In this document: positions 1 to 10,985 of the stretch, piece by piece
Layout of the letters: every line of letters begins with the position of its first letter
Numbering within the stretch: the first letter of the stretch is position 1
Assembly: GCA_965214705.1 (NCBI GenBank)
Contig: CBDCCI010000002.1
Location: forward strand, 2,432,001-2,496,000
Origin: Alphaproteobacteria bacterium
Lineage (GTDB): Bacteria > Pseudomonadota > Alphaproteobacteria > UBA828
Length of the DNA: 64,000 nt
Direction of reading: 5' to 3'
Position numbers and translations under genes: made by a program
Notes under the pieces: generated by a model
What the model was told of the DNA's origin: nothing
The model's database searches: none
What the model saw: only the letters and a program-made list of their open reading frames with translations

Positions 1-267
1 CCCTTTTGAACGAAGCCGCGGGCCACGAGAGGCGAAGTTGAGCTATGTGGAAAGTGCGCTGATGTCAGCGTCAGGCGGCATCCACCGGCAGCAGAGTTGC
101 GCATAAAATCGACGCTCGCGCCGGTCTTTCGGCAGGCATGCGGGCGCACGCTGCGAGGACTGAGCGGGGTGTGAGCCGAGGGCTGTCAGCCCGGCTCAAG
201 CGGAGACAGGTTCGGTCGTGCGTCGGCGCTTTGGCGCCGTTGCGCGGGGCCGAAGCGAGCGGGCGTC

Positions 268-1509
268 TCACGGTTTCCCCCTGTGGGTCGGCGGCAGCGC
301 CGGCGGGCCGCGCGTCGAGCGGGGCTCATGGCGGCGGCGGATTTCGCGGACGAGGCGCATGACGCCGCCGCAGTGGGGGCAGGCCACGGGCGCGGTGCCG
401 ATCTCGGGCTCTTCGTCGGGCTCGGCCCGAGCGCCGTCCACGCTTCCCTCGGGGGCGGCGCAGCCGAGGGCGCCGAGAGCCTGGCGTGCTCTCTCCAGCG
501 TGCTGGCGCGGCAGCCGTTGGCGAGGATGCCGAAGTAGCGAGTGCGGTGCATGCCGTCCGGCAGGACGTGCCTCAGGAAGCGGCGGATGAACTCGTCGGC
601 GCTCACGGTGGCGATGCCGTAGCGCGGCTTTCTCTGCCCCGGCGCCTTGGGCTTTCGGTGGCGGAAGGAGACCGTCTCGCCGTCGAAGGAGACGATGCGG
701 CTGTCGGAGATGGCGATCCTGTGCGTGTAGTGCGAGAGGTACCGGAAGACCTGCTCAGGCCCGCGGAAGGGCCGCTTGGCGTAGACCACCCAGTCCCTGG
801 CCCGGGCGGCGGCAAGCGTGGCGTGGAACTCGCCGGGATTGGCGAGGTGGGCGACGGTGCCGTGGAACTCCAGGTCCCCCCGGCCGTGGGCGCGGGCGAG
901 CTCCTCGAGGAAGAGGCGGCGGAACAGGCTGCCGAGGACCTTGACGGGGGCGAGGAAGGTGGTGCTCCCCGTCTTCCACTCGCCACTGTCTACGTCGAAG
1001 CCCGCGTTGGGCACGACCACGTGCAGGTGCGGGTGGAAGCGGAGCTTCTGATCCCAGGTATGGAGGACCGCGGTGCCGCCGATGCGCATGCCGCCGTGGC
1101 GGGGATCGGCGGCGATGGTGCGCAGGGTCTCGGCGACGGCCCGGAAGAGGATGTCGAACACCACCCTGCGGTTGCAGAAGGCAATGGCGGCAACCTCCTT
1201 GGGCAGGGTGAAGACCACATGGAAGTAGGGCACCGGCAGGATGTCCCCGGCGCGCTCCTCGCTCCAGAGGTTGGCGGCGAGACCCTGGCAGGTGGGGCAG
1301 TGGCGGTTGCGGCAGGAGTTGAAGAGCGGATGCTCGCGCCCGCAGCCCTCGCAGGCGTACATGTGGCCGCCGAGCACGGCGGTGCGGCACGCCTCGATGG
1401 CGCCCATGACCTTGAGCCGGGCGGCGTCGATGCGCCCTTTGTGGCGCTCACGGAAAGCGGCGCCGGCGCGGCGGAAGATCTCCGCCACGCCCGCGCGTTC
1501 GGCCTCCAC
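268..1509 (-). CDS. IS91-family rolling-circle transposase (N-terminal Zn-binding domain, HUH/Y2)
   Basis: CxxC...SCRNRHCPTC Zn motif, YFHVVFTLP, HPHLH (HUH), YLSHY (YxxxY), C-terminal CPHC. Confidence 0.92.
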   Translation of the reverse strand: MEAERAGVAEIFRRAGAAFRERHKGRIDAARLKVMGAIEACRTAVLGGHMYACEGCGREHPLFNSCRNRHCPTCQGLAANLWSEERAGDILPVPYFHVVFTLPKEVAAIAFCNRRVVFDILFRAVAETLRTIAADPRHGGMRIGGTAVLHTWDQKLRFHPHLHVVVPNAGFDVDSGEWKTGSTTFLAPVKVLGSLFRRLFLEELARAHGRGDLEFHGTVAHLANPGEFHATLAAARARDWVVYAKRPFRGPEQVFRYLSHYTHRIAISDSRIVSFDGETVSFRHRKPKAPGQRKPRYGIATVSADEFIRRFLRHVLPDGMHRTRYFGILANGCRASTLERARQALGALGCAAPEGSVDGARAEPDEEPEIGTAPVACPHCGGVMRLVREIRRRHEPRSTRGPPALPPTHRGKP

Positions 1510-1515
1510 GCGCCG

Positions 1516-2394
1516 TCAGTTGCGCAACGCTGCGAAGCCTGAGATCGGGTGGTCGAGGCCCTCGAACATCTTGCCGGTGACGCGGGCGTAGTGACGGGTC
1601 GTGTTCGCGCTTCGATGGCCGAGCATGTCCCGGATCACCTCGATATCGCCGCCGCGCTCGAGGAGATGGGTCGCCGCCGAATGGCGCAGGCAATGGAAGG
1701 TGTAGCTGCGGTCGAGCTCGGCAATGTCGCGCGCCCTCCTGAAGGCGGCCTGCAAGGTCTCCGTTGCGATGGGCCTGTCGAGCGAGACGCCGTAGAAGAG
1801 CCAGCTCGTCGGACGCGGCCAGATGTTCCTGTAGTAGACGCGCAAGTAGTGGATGACGATGTCCGGCAACGGTGCCATTCTCTCGGTGCCGCCTTTGCCG
1901 GAGGGGATGTGCAGCAGCTTCTTCTCCGACAGGATGTCGCCGACCTTGATGGCCAAGGTCTCGGAGATGCGGAGCCCGCCGCCATAGCCGGTGACAATGG
2001 CAGCACGGTGGCGGAGGTCGGGTGTCGCAAGGATGAGGTGCTCGACCTCCTGCTCCGACATGTAGCGCGGCAGCTTGCCGGGCTTCTTGCGGGAGCGCAG
2101 GCCGGCGACATGGTCAGGCCAGCCGAGTGTGTCGATGTAGAGGAAGTTCAGCGCGGCGAAGGAGACGTTGGTCGTGCCCGGACTGAGCCCCTTGTCGATC
2201 CGCCCCAGGTACCACTGGCGCACCTGCTCGGCGTCGAGCTCGTCCGGCGAGGCGTCGTAGTACCTGGCCAGGTTCTTGATCTCGCAGATGTAGGCCTTGG
2301 ACGTGCTCGCGGCCAGATTGGCGATGCGGAGCTGCTCCTCCATGCGCTGGCGAAGAGGGGTGACGGTGTTCGTGTCGCACGCGGTCCCGGTCAT
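1516..2394 (-). CDS. Tyrosine recombinase / phage-integrase family protein
   Basis: GLRISE, GKG, HCLRHS, LGH, TRHY catalytic set; start moved to the ATG at 2394 behind an AGGGAG RBS. Confidence 0.92.
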   Translation of the reverse strand: MTGTACDTNTVTPLRQRMEEQLRIANLAASTSKAYICEIKNLARYYDASPDELDAEQVRQWYLGRIDKGLSPGTTNVSFAALNFLYIDTLGWPDHVAGLRSRKKPGKLPRYMSEQEVEHLILATPDLRHRAAIVTGYGGGLRISETLAIKVGDILSEKKLLHIPSGKGGTERMAPLPDIVIHYLRVYYRNIWPRPTSWLFYGVSLDRPIATETLQAAFRRARDIAELDRSYTFHCLRHSAATHLLERGGDIEVIRDMLGHRSANTTRHYARVTGKMFEGLDHPISGFAALRN

Positions 2395-2594
2395 TATCGA
2401 TCTCCCTGGATCGCGACGGCGCGCCGCCGGACCGATCCGGCGACGGTCCGTCGCAGGGGTCGATGCTAACCACTGGTGATCGGGAGGCTGCTGGGGATCC
2501 GCCACCCGACGGGCGGAGCGCCACTGACGCAACCGGGAAGCGAACGCACAGAACAAACGGCACCCGCGACGCCTCGGAAATGAATGAACTCTAC

Positions 2595-2625
2595 GCCGCT
2601 AACTCCGCGTAGCGGCTTCGTTCAA
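2595..2625. repeat. Element end: small hairpin GCCGCTA/TAGCGGC overlapping a 14-bp inverted repeat (GCGGCTTCGTTCAA; partner at 6-19)
   Basis: Read directly; same structure at 43823-43853 with partner at 41234-41247. Confidence 0.85.
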
Positions 2626-3465
2626 GACGAGCATGAGGCGGGTCGGAATTCGCCGGCGCGGCCGCGGGACGCCGGAGACCTCCTCGTAGAGATCCAGGAT
2701 ATCCGAGATGGTCTGGTACTCGGTGCTGAAGATGTACTTTTCGCCCGAGCGACCGTGGTGCATGCACAACACGTGCCCTTCGACGATGTCGCGCGCCGCG
2801 ACGAACTCGAAACCGCCATCGACGTAGGCACGGAGCTTGCCGTTGGTGTAGTCGCACAGGGTTCTTCCCAGTCGCGAGGGGAAGAAGTCGGCGCCCCCCA
2901 CCACCGCACAGCACGTCGCGACCACCACGTCCTGCCCCGATGCCGCCGCGCGCCAGCACTCCTGCTCGACGAGCGACTTGCTGCGCTCGTAGGGCATCGT
3001 GCGCTCCATGGGGTAGAACTGCATGGTCTCGTTGCTGGGAGCGGAGGGATCGTCCAGGTCGTATCCGACCGCGCTGAACGAGCCCGTCACCACCACCCGG
3101 CCGGCCCCCGCCTCCCGCGCCGCCTGCAGCACGTTGCGGGTACCGAGAACGTTGCACTCAAACACGTCGCGGCGATGGGCGCGGTTGCCTTCGATGGTCG
3201 AGACGTAGGCCGCGCAGTGATAGACGCCCTGACATCCCGTGATCGCCCGCCTGATGTCATCCAGATCCCGAATGTCGCCGAACGCGCGTTCGACCTCGAG
3301 ACCTTCCAGGCCCTCGTTGTTGTCCTCGTGTCTCAACAACACTCGGACCCGCACGCCCTCGTCGAGCAGCCGGCGCACGAGGTTGGCGCCGACATGCCCG
3401 GCCGAACCGGTAACGAAGACGGGCGGCATCGAAGATCCCGCCGGCATGCTCGATTCCGAAGTCAT
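2626..3465 (-). pseudogene. NAD-dependent epimerase/dehydratase (extended SDR, HpnA/dihydroflavonol reductase-like), 3' end interrupted by the IS91-like element
   Basis: VTGSAGHVG Rossmann motif, YERSK (YxxxK), VAARDIVEGH; final residues LNEAATRS are encoded by the element end. Confidence 0.85.
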
Positions 3466-4039
3466 GGATGCCGGATTCCGTCAAGCGGAACGCGGGGCCG
3501 ATCCCATTCCGCGGGATGTTCGCAAGGTCTTACAGACACCGTCGCGCGCCCGCCGGCCGGCGTCAAAATAGCCCCTGCGGCGAAGCCAAGCCGTGCCCGT
3601 TCGCGCTCCCACATACCGCGAATTCTCCATGTCTGTCCCTCCATGTTCGGTAAGCCCGCGGCACCGACCGACCGGTACGAATCCAGACAGGGAAAAATCT
3701 ATGCGATTTAGTCACATAGCGTCCAAGAAAATACACTCATAGCGCTCATAAGTTATGCCAATGTATCGCACTGCCGCGTCGTGCTTCTGCGTGCTGATGA
3801 TCTCCATACTCGTCCAGACCCCTTGGCAAGGTCTGTTGGATATACCGAATCCCTCCGCCGATGAGATTGCCATTGCGGTCTCCTTCGGCGTTCTGGCCAA
3901 TATCAATGTCAGTTCCCTGCAAACCGCCGAAGACATGGAATGGGTCTGCGACCTCGTAACTGAAGCCGAGGGTCAGCCCCTCAGAGCCCTGCTGAATGTT
4001 CGAGTGCTCCCACACCAGGCTGATGTGAATATAGAAAAA

Positions 4040-4895
4040 TTAGGGTTCGCTTCCAATCCCGTAGGAGCGGCCGGAGCCAGACGTCCTTTTTTGGCTTGTC
4101 ATAGAGTTTGTCGCGGTCGTAGCGCCCGCGCCCCTGCGTGATTCCGACACGGGTCCAGCCGGAGGCGCTGTAGACGGCGCCGGTGTAGCGCGGCGTCTCG
4201 ACGAAGGTCTCGATGAGCACGGGGGTGGTGCTATGGCGCTCGGCCCAGTCCTCGGGCAGGCGGCGGCGGACGGTGGCGAGAATGTGCGAGCCAAGGTTGA
4301 GGATATGGATCCAGGGCAGGATCAGGAACCTGGGGTTGTCGATGACCAGCGGCAGGCTCTTCTCGCGCTTCTGCGGCGTCTATCCGATAAAGGCGTCACG
4401 CGGGGCGAGTTTCCAGGCGGCGGTGCTGAAGCCGAGCATGGCGACGGGCCAGCCGTCGCGGTCGTGGACAGCGTAGCGCATCTGGGCGCCGACCAGGGTC
4501 TTGTAGCCGAAATAGTGGTAACGGGCGACAAACTCGTTCCACAGCTTGCCCTGGCGGGTGCCGCGCACGACGGTGCGCGGGTCGAGGGGGCGAACGTCAT
4601 CGAGGGCCGTCGGCGCTGGGAACAGCGGCGGTTCGGTGTCCGGCCCTAAGACGATCGGCTTGGGTCGGCCCCTTTCCCACTTGGGCGGCGGCAGCGTGAT
4701 CAGGCCGTCGCGGTGCATAGCCAGCGTGGTGACGCGGGCCATCATGTCCTTGAGACCGCCGTCGGGCTTGAACCAGCCGATGCGCCGGCAAGCTCTCTCG
4801 AAAGGGCCCGGCGGGTTGGCGGCGGTGAAGCAGCGATCAGCGCGTGCAGCAGCGCCATCTCTCCGGTGGTGAAGTCACGCCCGTAATAGCGGCAC
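4040..4895 (-). pseudogene. DUF4338 (DruA-like) domain gene, degraded
   Basis: YGRDFT...CRRIGWFKPDG...YHYFGYKTLVGAQMRY...RDAFIG*...NPRFLILPW...ETFVE...GAVYSASGW; frameshift near 4790 and in-frame TAG at 4380-4382. Confidence 0.75.
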
Positions 4896-5278
4896 TCGAC
4901 GATGGGCGGTGGCCGGCAACCTCCGGGCTGATCGACGAGTTCTTTGGGGCGAAGGGCAACACACTGGTGATGGGCGAGGGAGCGGCACCGGAGGATGTCA
5001 ACATCTTCTTCGCCCGGTTTTGCTTACCAGCCGCCGAAGGCGGAGCGGGAGAGGGAATACGACATGCCGGGCGCGTCCATGAAGACGGTCCGCCGCGCGT
5101 TCTTCCGCCCGATCAACGTCCGGCGCGAGGGGTGAGACCGCCCGCCCGCGAAGAGGCCGAATGGCCGACCCTCGAGTACGACTTCAGATTGTGAACGGCG
5201 TCCCGCCATTCTGATGCGTTCCGCATCGGGCGCTTCGGCGTTCGTATCCGTCCTCAGGAAGTGCCATGCGGACGCCTG

Positions 5279-5323
5279 AGCCCGCGTGCAGTTGGTGCGT
5301 GCTCGCTGCACGCGGGCTTTTTT
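5279..5323 (+). terminator. Rho-independent terminator
   Basis: 13-bp stem AGCCCGCGTGCAG/CTGCACGCGGGCT followed by a T run. Confidence 0.7.
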
Positions 5324-5443
5324 CATCGGAATGAGGCACCGTCGTTCGTGCTCGCTCCGGCGCCTCGGACCCGCGCGCAATATTCGAGCTTCTTCTGTGC
5401 GCGGGCCCGCTTTCACCAAGGAAATCCCCTTATGGATAGTGTC

Positions 5444-5617
5444 ATGGCGGATGAGAAGTTCGAGGTCGGGGACACCGTGCAACTCAAGTCGGGCGGCCCG
5501 CACATGACCGTCGTTACAGCGGCGGAGTATCAGAGGAAGCGGTTGGTCCAGTGCACATGGTTCGTCCATGGCGACAAGCGAGCGGTGGCGACGTTCTCTG
5601 CTGAGTCCCTCCGCTGA
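5444..5617 (+). CDS. YodC/DUF2158 family small protein
   Basis: FEVGDTVQLKSGGPHMTV...VQCTWF...F..ESL signature. Confidence 0.85.
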   Translation: MADEKFEVGDTVQLKSGGPHMTVVTAAEYQRKRLVQCTWFVHGDKRAVATFSAESLR

Positions 5618-5709
5618 TCGGAACGCGCCGAGCCGATAGTGGGCGACGAGGACTGAACTGCAGACGGGAGGCGGTCGACGGTTATCTCACGCGCCGTCCA
5701 CCGACCAGG

Positions 5710-5748
5710 GGGGCAGCCGGTTCTGAGCTTCTTCCCGGCTGCCCCTTT
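5710..5748 (+). terminator. Probable terminator hairpin after the YodC-like gene
   Basis: GGGGCAGCCGG/CCGGCTGCCCC stem followed by TTT. Confidence 0.5.
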
Positions 5749-6087
5749 CACCCACCACCGATGAGGCAGACCATGGCAGATGAGAAGTGCAACGACAGCG
5801 TGAAGAGCTTGACCATTGCGGCGGCCGTTACCGCCATTGTGTTGGCTGGCGCCGGGCGGGTGGCCAATGCCGATCCCGATCCTGAAGAATCGCTAAAATC
5901 CCCCTGCCCCCGAACGCTTACCACGCTTACGCCGAACGTGTGCACGATTGGAGGTCAGGAATGGTCGGGAGTTTACTTCGGGGTGCTTACTTGGTGAATA
6001 TTTTCCTTGATCGGGCACCTCACTCGTGTCCGTGTTGTCTCTCAAGCTATTGATGTACAAAGAATTTGTGCGCTCGCGCGGCAGACC

Positions 6088-6657
6088 ATGACCGTGGTGA
6101 GCAACCCGGCTCTTCGAGACGTGTTCTGGTTCGGCATGTACACCGGGATGCGGCGCGGCGAGGTGATGCCGCTCCGCTGGGATCGTGTAGACAGGGAGGC
6201 GCTGGTCTTCCGTGTGGACAACACCAAGACGGGGGCGCCGCTGGAGCTGCCCATCACCCGGCAGCTCGCAGCCATTCTCGATCGTCGGTGGGGCGAGAGC
6301 GGTCACCTGAAGGGCGGCTGGGTGTTTCCCTCTGCCACCAGCCGGACGGGCTACTTCGTGAAGCTGACGTATTTCCATCGCCGGATCAGCGAGGCCGGGG
6401 GAGCGAAGTTCTGGTTCCACGGGATGCGCAACTACTTCATCACCGTAGCGGAGCGGGAGCTGATGCTGCCGCACGCCCTGACCAAGCGCCTGGTGAACCA
6501 TGCGCCGCCCCGCGACGTCACCGAGGGGTACGCCACCGACTGGACGATCGGGCAGTTGCGCGAACCCGCTCAGCGTATCGTGGATCGCATCGAGGCCTTG
6601 ATGGGAGCTGAGCCCGACCGCGTTATCGGGGGGATGGAGACGCCGGGGGCTTCATAG
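6088..6657 (+). pseudogene. Phage/island integrase, C-terminal catalytic fragment
   Basis: TGMRRGEV, TKTG, HGMRNYF, LVNHA, VTEGY; no N-terminal DNA-binding domains. Confidence 0.8.
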
Positions 6658-6694
6658 CCTGATCTCTCAGGTTCAAATCCTGCCGCCGCTACCA
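6648..6694 (+). other. Degenerate 3' half of an initiator-type tRNA-Met (att-site remnant)
   Basis: GGCTTCATAGCCTGA...CAGGTTCAAATCCTGCCGCCGCTACCA resembles a CAT anticodon arm, T-arm and CCA end; no 5' half; directly follows the integrase. Confidence 0.7.
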
Positions 6695-6937
6695 GCTAGA
6701 GTCGGATAATTTATTGATATACAGTCGTTTTCAGAAGCAACGCCAAATCATTTACCCCGTTATATCCTGCACTCAAGCGGGCTTGGTGGCCCCCGCCTGC
6801 AATTGCCCCCAGGGTGTTGTTGGTCGCCGTCGTTTGATTCCTCGGAATCAAAGGGAATCAACACGTTGCCACGCCGATCGGCGTCCAATCTACGCACCGA
6901 ACAACAGGTAGGGTCTCCGAGGTACAAAACGACCGCG

Positions 6938-7276
6938 TCAACGGTCGAGCGCTGCCAGCGCGTCGGCCCTGGTCGGATGGATCGTGATGATCCTGTCGAA
7001 GCCGCTGGTCCCGAACGCAGCACGGACGACGTCGGAAAGGGAGCACAGCGCGAACCCGACGTCCCGGCTCCGGAGGCTCTTCGCGGTCATGAGCACGGCC
7101 CGAAGCCCGGAGCTGCTGATGTAGACCAGCCGCTCGAAATCCATGATCACCGCGCGGTCGCCGTCTTCGGTGGCGCATCGGACAGTCTCCATGAACTGCC
7201 GGACGTTGGCGCCGTCTATTCGCCCCTGCACGCGCACGGACAGGATGCCGTCCTCCCGATCTGCGCTCACCTCCAT
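6938..7276 (-). CDS. STAS-domain anti-sigma factor antagonist
   Basis: VQGRIDGAN...VIMDFERLVYISSSGLRAVL...FGTSGFDRII; GGAGG RBS before 7276. Confidence 0.9.
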   Translation of the reverse strand: MEVSADREDGILSVRVQGRIDGANVRQFMETVRCATEDGDRAVIMDFERLVYISSSGLRAVLMTAKSLRSRDVGFALCSLSDVVRAAFGTSGFDRIITIHPTRADALAALDR

Positions 7277-8353
7277 TGCCGTGACCTCCATCGCTGAAGC
7301 CCGCCGTACCTCACCTCCCGTACGCAACGCCTGCCGTCCTCGGCGTCGCCAAGTACGATTTCGGAGGTGCCGAGGCTGTGAGGGCCGCCTGCGAATCCGG
7401 GTCGCTGCCTCCGCCGTAGACCGCGAGGGAGGGGGCGGCTGATACCGCCAGACCGCAGGCAGAACGGACCCTCATGCTGGTGGACACCAAAAAAGCGGCC
7501 GCCCGCCCAAGGCAGCACAACAAGGCGTCACGAGGATGGGGCAGGCGGCCGAGTCGTCCCGAACCAATATTGGGGACCGAACCTTGAGATGGAGCCGTCC
7601 GCCAGTAAGGACGTTCCCGCCGCGACCGCAGGAACGAGGCGGACGGCCCCAAGGGACGGAAGCCGAGACAGGGATCGAGCTGATGCTCCAAAGGCTCCCG
7701 CCCTTTCCGTGATGCCAATGCCTCTTCTTCCGAAAGGGCCCAGCTTCCCCGGAGCAGGCCTTTGATGAGGGCAAGGCGCTCGCTGATCGAGCCCAGGTCT
7801 CTGTCGCGACCAAGCATGGCCCGACGCTGGTTTCACGCGACGCCTGCGACCACAACACCCGCGAGGATGGCGACGAATTCGCGTATCCGCATCGTTCGAC
7901 GGCTCGCGTTGGTCACCAACCCACCACCCTCGGCAGCACCACACCAGGACCGACGTTCGGCACGACGCCGTCACCGTCGGTTGCCCGCCTCGTTCCAGCG
8001 GCGTGGTGTCATCTTGCCCTTCGTGTCCCTTGAAGCCGCTTGTCTGATATCCACCGAACCAGAGCCACCTAGAACCGACATATGGAGAGCGTCCTGCCAT
8101 TCCTGCTGCTGCGCGCGCGACACGCGCGAACGAGCGCCCTGGAGGTGAATTCTTACCGAACTATTTGTAAATTGTGTGTGCCAAACTCGGTCATGTTGGT
8201 GTTTTTTCCGTAAATGTTGGAGCACGTTGGCCACGGCGCACCTGTGCCGCCAGCACAGTCGAAGCCTCGCCGAGCGTGCGTCCCGTGCGCCGCAGCGGAC
8301 GACCGTAGGCTGCGGGAACTGGAGTGCGGACCGGGTCAGCGAAGGAGGAGGTC

Positions 8354-10705
8354 GTGAACGAGACCAGCGAACCGCGGCAGGAGGTCGAGGCGCTGCGCGA
8401 GCGGATCTCGGCGCTCAGCGCGGCGGTGCTGCGCATCAGCGCGAGCCTCGACGTCACCACCGTGCTGCAGGAGGCGGCCGACAGCGCCCGCGCGCTGACC
8501 GCCGCGCGCTACGGCATCATCACCACCATCGACGAGGCGGGCGAGGTGCGCGAGTTCGTCACCTCGGGCTTCACCCCCGACGAGCGGCGCCAGTTCGTCG
8601 ACTGGCCGGACGGGCCGAAGCTGTTCGCGCATTTCCGCGACCTGCCCGGCCCGATCCGACTCACCGACCTCCCCGCCCTGGTCCGCTCCCTCGGCTTCTC
8701 CCCGGACCTGATGCGCTCCAAGACCTTCCAGGGCACGCCGATGCGCCACCGGGGCATCCATGTCGGCAACTTCTTCCTCGCCGAGAAGGAAGGCGCGCCC
8801 GCGTTCACCGACGAGGACGAGGAGATCCTCGTTCTGTTCGCCTCGCAGGCGGCGACCGCCATCGCCAACGCGCGGACGCACCGAAATGAGCGGCGCGCGC
8901 GGGCCGGCCTCGAGGCCCTGATCGAGACCTCGCCGGTCGGCGTCGTGGTGTTCGATGCGAAGAGCGGCCGCCCGGTCTCCGTCAACCGCGAGGCGCGGCG
9001 CATCGCCGAAGGCCTGCGCACGGCGGGCCGCCCGGCGGAGGAGCTGGTCGAGGTGGTCTCGTTCCGCCGGGCCGACGGCCGCGAGGTGTCCCTGAGCGAG
9101 TTCCCCATCGCGCAGCAACTCGGCACCGGCGAGACGCTGCGCGCCGAGGAGGTCGTGCTCTCGGTGCCCGACGGGCGCAGCGTCAGGACGCTGATCAACG
9201 CCACGCCCATCCCCGCCGAGGGCGGCGGGATCGGCTCAGTCGTGGTGACCCTTCAGGACCTAGCGCCGCTCGACGAGCTGGAGCGGCTGCGCGCAGAGTT
9301 CCTGGGCCTGGTGAGCCACGAGCTGCGCGCCCCGCTGACTTCCATTTTGGGCTCGGCCGCCACGCTTCTGGAAGAGTCGGCGGACCTCGATCCGGCCGAG
9401 ATGCACGAGTTCCATCGTATCATCCACGAGCAGGCCGGGCACATGCGCGGCCTCATCGGCGCCCTGCTCGACGCCGGGCGCATCGAAGCGGGCACGCTCT
9501 CGGTCTCGCCGGAACCCTCGGATGTGGCCGCGCTCGTGGACCGTGCGCGGAATACCTTCCTTTCCGGCGGCGGCCGGCACACCGTGCTCATCGACCTGCC
9601 GCCCAACCTGCCGCCTGTGATGGCCGACCGCCGGCGCATCGTGCAGGTTCTGAACAACCTGATCGCCAACGCCGCGAGCCACTCGCCCGACTCCTCCCCC
9701 ATCCAGATCTCGGCCGAGCACGACGGCGTCCACGTTTCGATTTCGGTCTCGGACGAAGGCAGGGGCATCGCGCCCGGGCAGCTGCCGCATCTGTTCCGCA
9801 AGTACGCCGGCTCCGCTGGCGGCGAACGCGCGACCGCAGGAACCGGCCTCGGGCTCGTCATCTGCAAGGGACTGGTGGAAGCGCACGGGGGCCGCATTCG
9901 CGTCGAGAGCGGCGGCACCGGCCAGGGCAGCCGCTTCACCTTTACCCTGCTGGCGGTCGAAGACACCCGTGAAGGCGAAGCCCCCCGTTCCGGCCGCCGC
10001 TCCGCCGATCCGGCGTCCGATCCGCGCGAGCCCACCCGCATCCTGGTGGTGGACGACGACCCGAAGACCCTTCGCTACGTGCGCGACATCCTCAGCGGAG
10101 CGGGCTACGCCCCCCTCGTGACGGGCGACCATGCAGACCTCTCCCACATCATCCGGACCGAGAAGCCATCCCTTGTCCTGCTCGACCTCATGCTGCCCGG
10201 AACCGACGGTATTGCGCTGATGGAGAGCGTGCCGGAGCTCGCCGACCTGCCGGTCGTCTTCATCTCCGGCTACGGCCGCGACGAGACCGTCGCGAGGGCG
10301 TTGAAGGCGGGCGCCGCCGACTACGTCGTCAAGCCGTTCTCGCCCACCGAGCTCATTGCCCGGGTCGAGGCGGCGCTCCGGCGCGTCGCACGCCCCGAGC
10401 CCTTCGCGCTCGGCGCGCTCGCCATCCATTACGAGTCGCACCGGGTCACGGTTGCCGGGCGCGAAGTAACGCTTACCGCGACGGAATACGAGCTGCTGCG
10501 CGTCCTCTCGCTCAACGCGGGACGGGTCGTGACCTACGAGGCGCTGCTGCGCCAGGTCTGGGGTGGGCGCGAGGCCGGCGACATGGATCTCATTCGCAAC
10601 TTCATCAAGAAGCTCCGCGCCAAGCTCGGCGAGGACGCGGCGAACCCGACCTGGATATTCAACGTTCGCGGCGTCGGCTACCGTATGGCCCCGCCCGGCG
10701 AATAA
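8354..10705 (+). CDS. Soluble hybrid regulator GAF-PAS-HisKA-HATPase-REC-OmpR wHTH (paralog 1)
   Basis: SHELRAP, NNLIANA, DEGRGI, GTGLGL, VVDDD/LLDLMLP/KPFS, LTATEYELL...NVRGVGY; GGAGGAGG RBS before GTG. Confidence 0.9.
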   Translation: MNETSEPRQEVEALRERISALSAAVLRISASLDVTTVLQEAADSARALTAARYGIITTIDEAGEVREFVTSGFTPDERRQFVDWPDGPKLFAHFRDLPGPIRLTDLPALVRSLGFSPDLMRSKTFQGTPMRHRGIHVGNFFLAEKEGAPAFTDEDEEILVLFASQAATAIANARTHRNERRARAGLEALIETSPVGVVVFDAKSGRPVSVNREARRIAEGLRTAGRPAEELVEVVSFRRADGREVSLSEFPIAQQLGTGETLRAEEVVLSVPDGRSVRTLINATPIPAEGGGIGSVVVTLQDLAPLDELERLRAEFLGLVSHELRAPLTSILGSAATLLEESADLDPAEMHEFHRIIHEQAGHMRGLIGALLDAGRIEAGTLSVSPEPSDVAALVDRARNTFLSGGGRHTVLIDLPPNLPPVMADRRRIVQVLNNLIANAASHSPDSSPIQISAEHDGVHVSISVSDEGRGIAPGQLPHLFRKYAGSAGGERATAGTGLGLVICKGLVEAHGGRIRVESGGTGQGSRFTFTLLAVEDTREGEAPRSGRRSADPASDPREPTRILVVDDDPKTLRYVRDILSGAGYAPLVTGDHADLSHIIRTEKPSLVLLDLMLPGTDGIALMESVPELADLPVVFISGYGRDETVARALKAGAADYVVKPFSPTELIARVEAALRRVARPEPFALGALAIHYESHRVTVAGREVTLTATEYELLRVLSLNAGRVVTYEALLRQVWGGREAGDMDLIRNFIKKLRAKLGEDAANPTWIFNVRGVGYRMAPPGE

Positions 10706-10985
10706 CGACGTCCTTGTGAGCCGGTTCGAATGGGACGTGTCGTCCCCGTCGCCGGCCCGATACCGTCACCGGTTCTCGGATTCTTCGCGGTGGCGCGTGT
10801 GCCCGCAGGTGGCTGGCGGCGATCCCGCGCTCATGCCGCTCCCGGCGAGCGCCAAGTGGCGCGGCATGATCGTCCCCATTCCTTTCACGGGTGCTTATCG
10901 CGGGGACCGGCCCCCTGGAAATGCGACCCTGCACTCTGCATTCTTCGTCGAGGCAGAAGTGAGCGATCCTTTGTCGGTAAGGAAC

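Larger units (their letters stand above)
1..2625 (-). mobile_element. IS91-like element with tyrosine recombinase + HUH (Y2) transposase, copy 1 (left end extends beyond window)
   Basis: Near-identical to 41229-43853 (offset 41228); identity stops at ...GCGGCTTCGTTCAA (2625); truncates the adjacent epimerase gene. Confidence 0.9.

Noticed and set aside
283-2469. Long plus-strand ORFs opposite the transposase and recombinase (and similar shadow ORFs throughout)
   Set aside because: Antisense shadows typical of high-GC coding DNA; no motifs
4040-4895. Druantia anti-phage system
   Set aside because: Only a broken DUF4338 gene; no DruE helicase or other dru genes
4896-5194. Protein-like fragment ending at PTLEYDFRL before a terminator
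   Set aside because: Probably the 3' remnant of a real gene, but it could not be identified
6648-6694. Functional tRNA gene
   Set aside because: No 5' acceptor strand or D-arm; mismatches relative to a typical tRNA-Met
7311-8234. Several 90-190 aa ORFs between the STAS gene and kinase 1
   Set aside because: No recognisable motifs or RBS; overlapping frames are equally implausible
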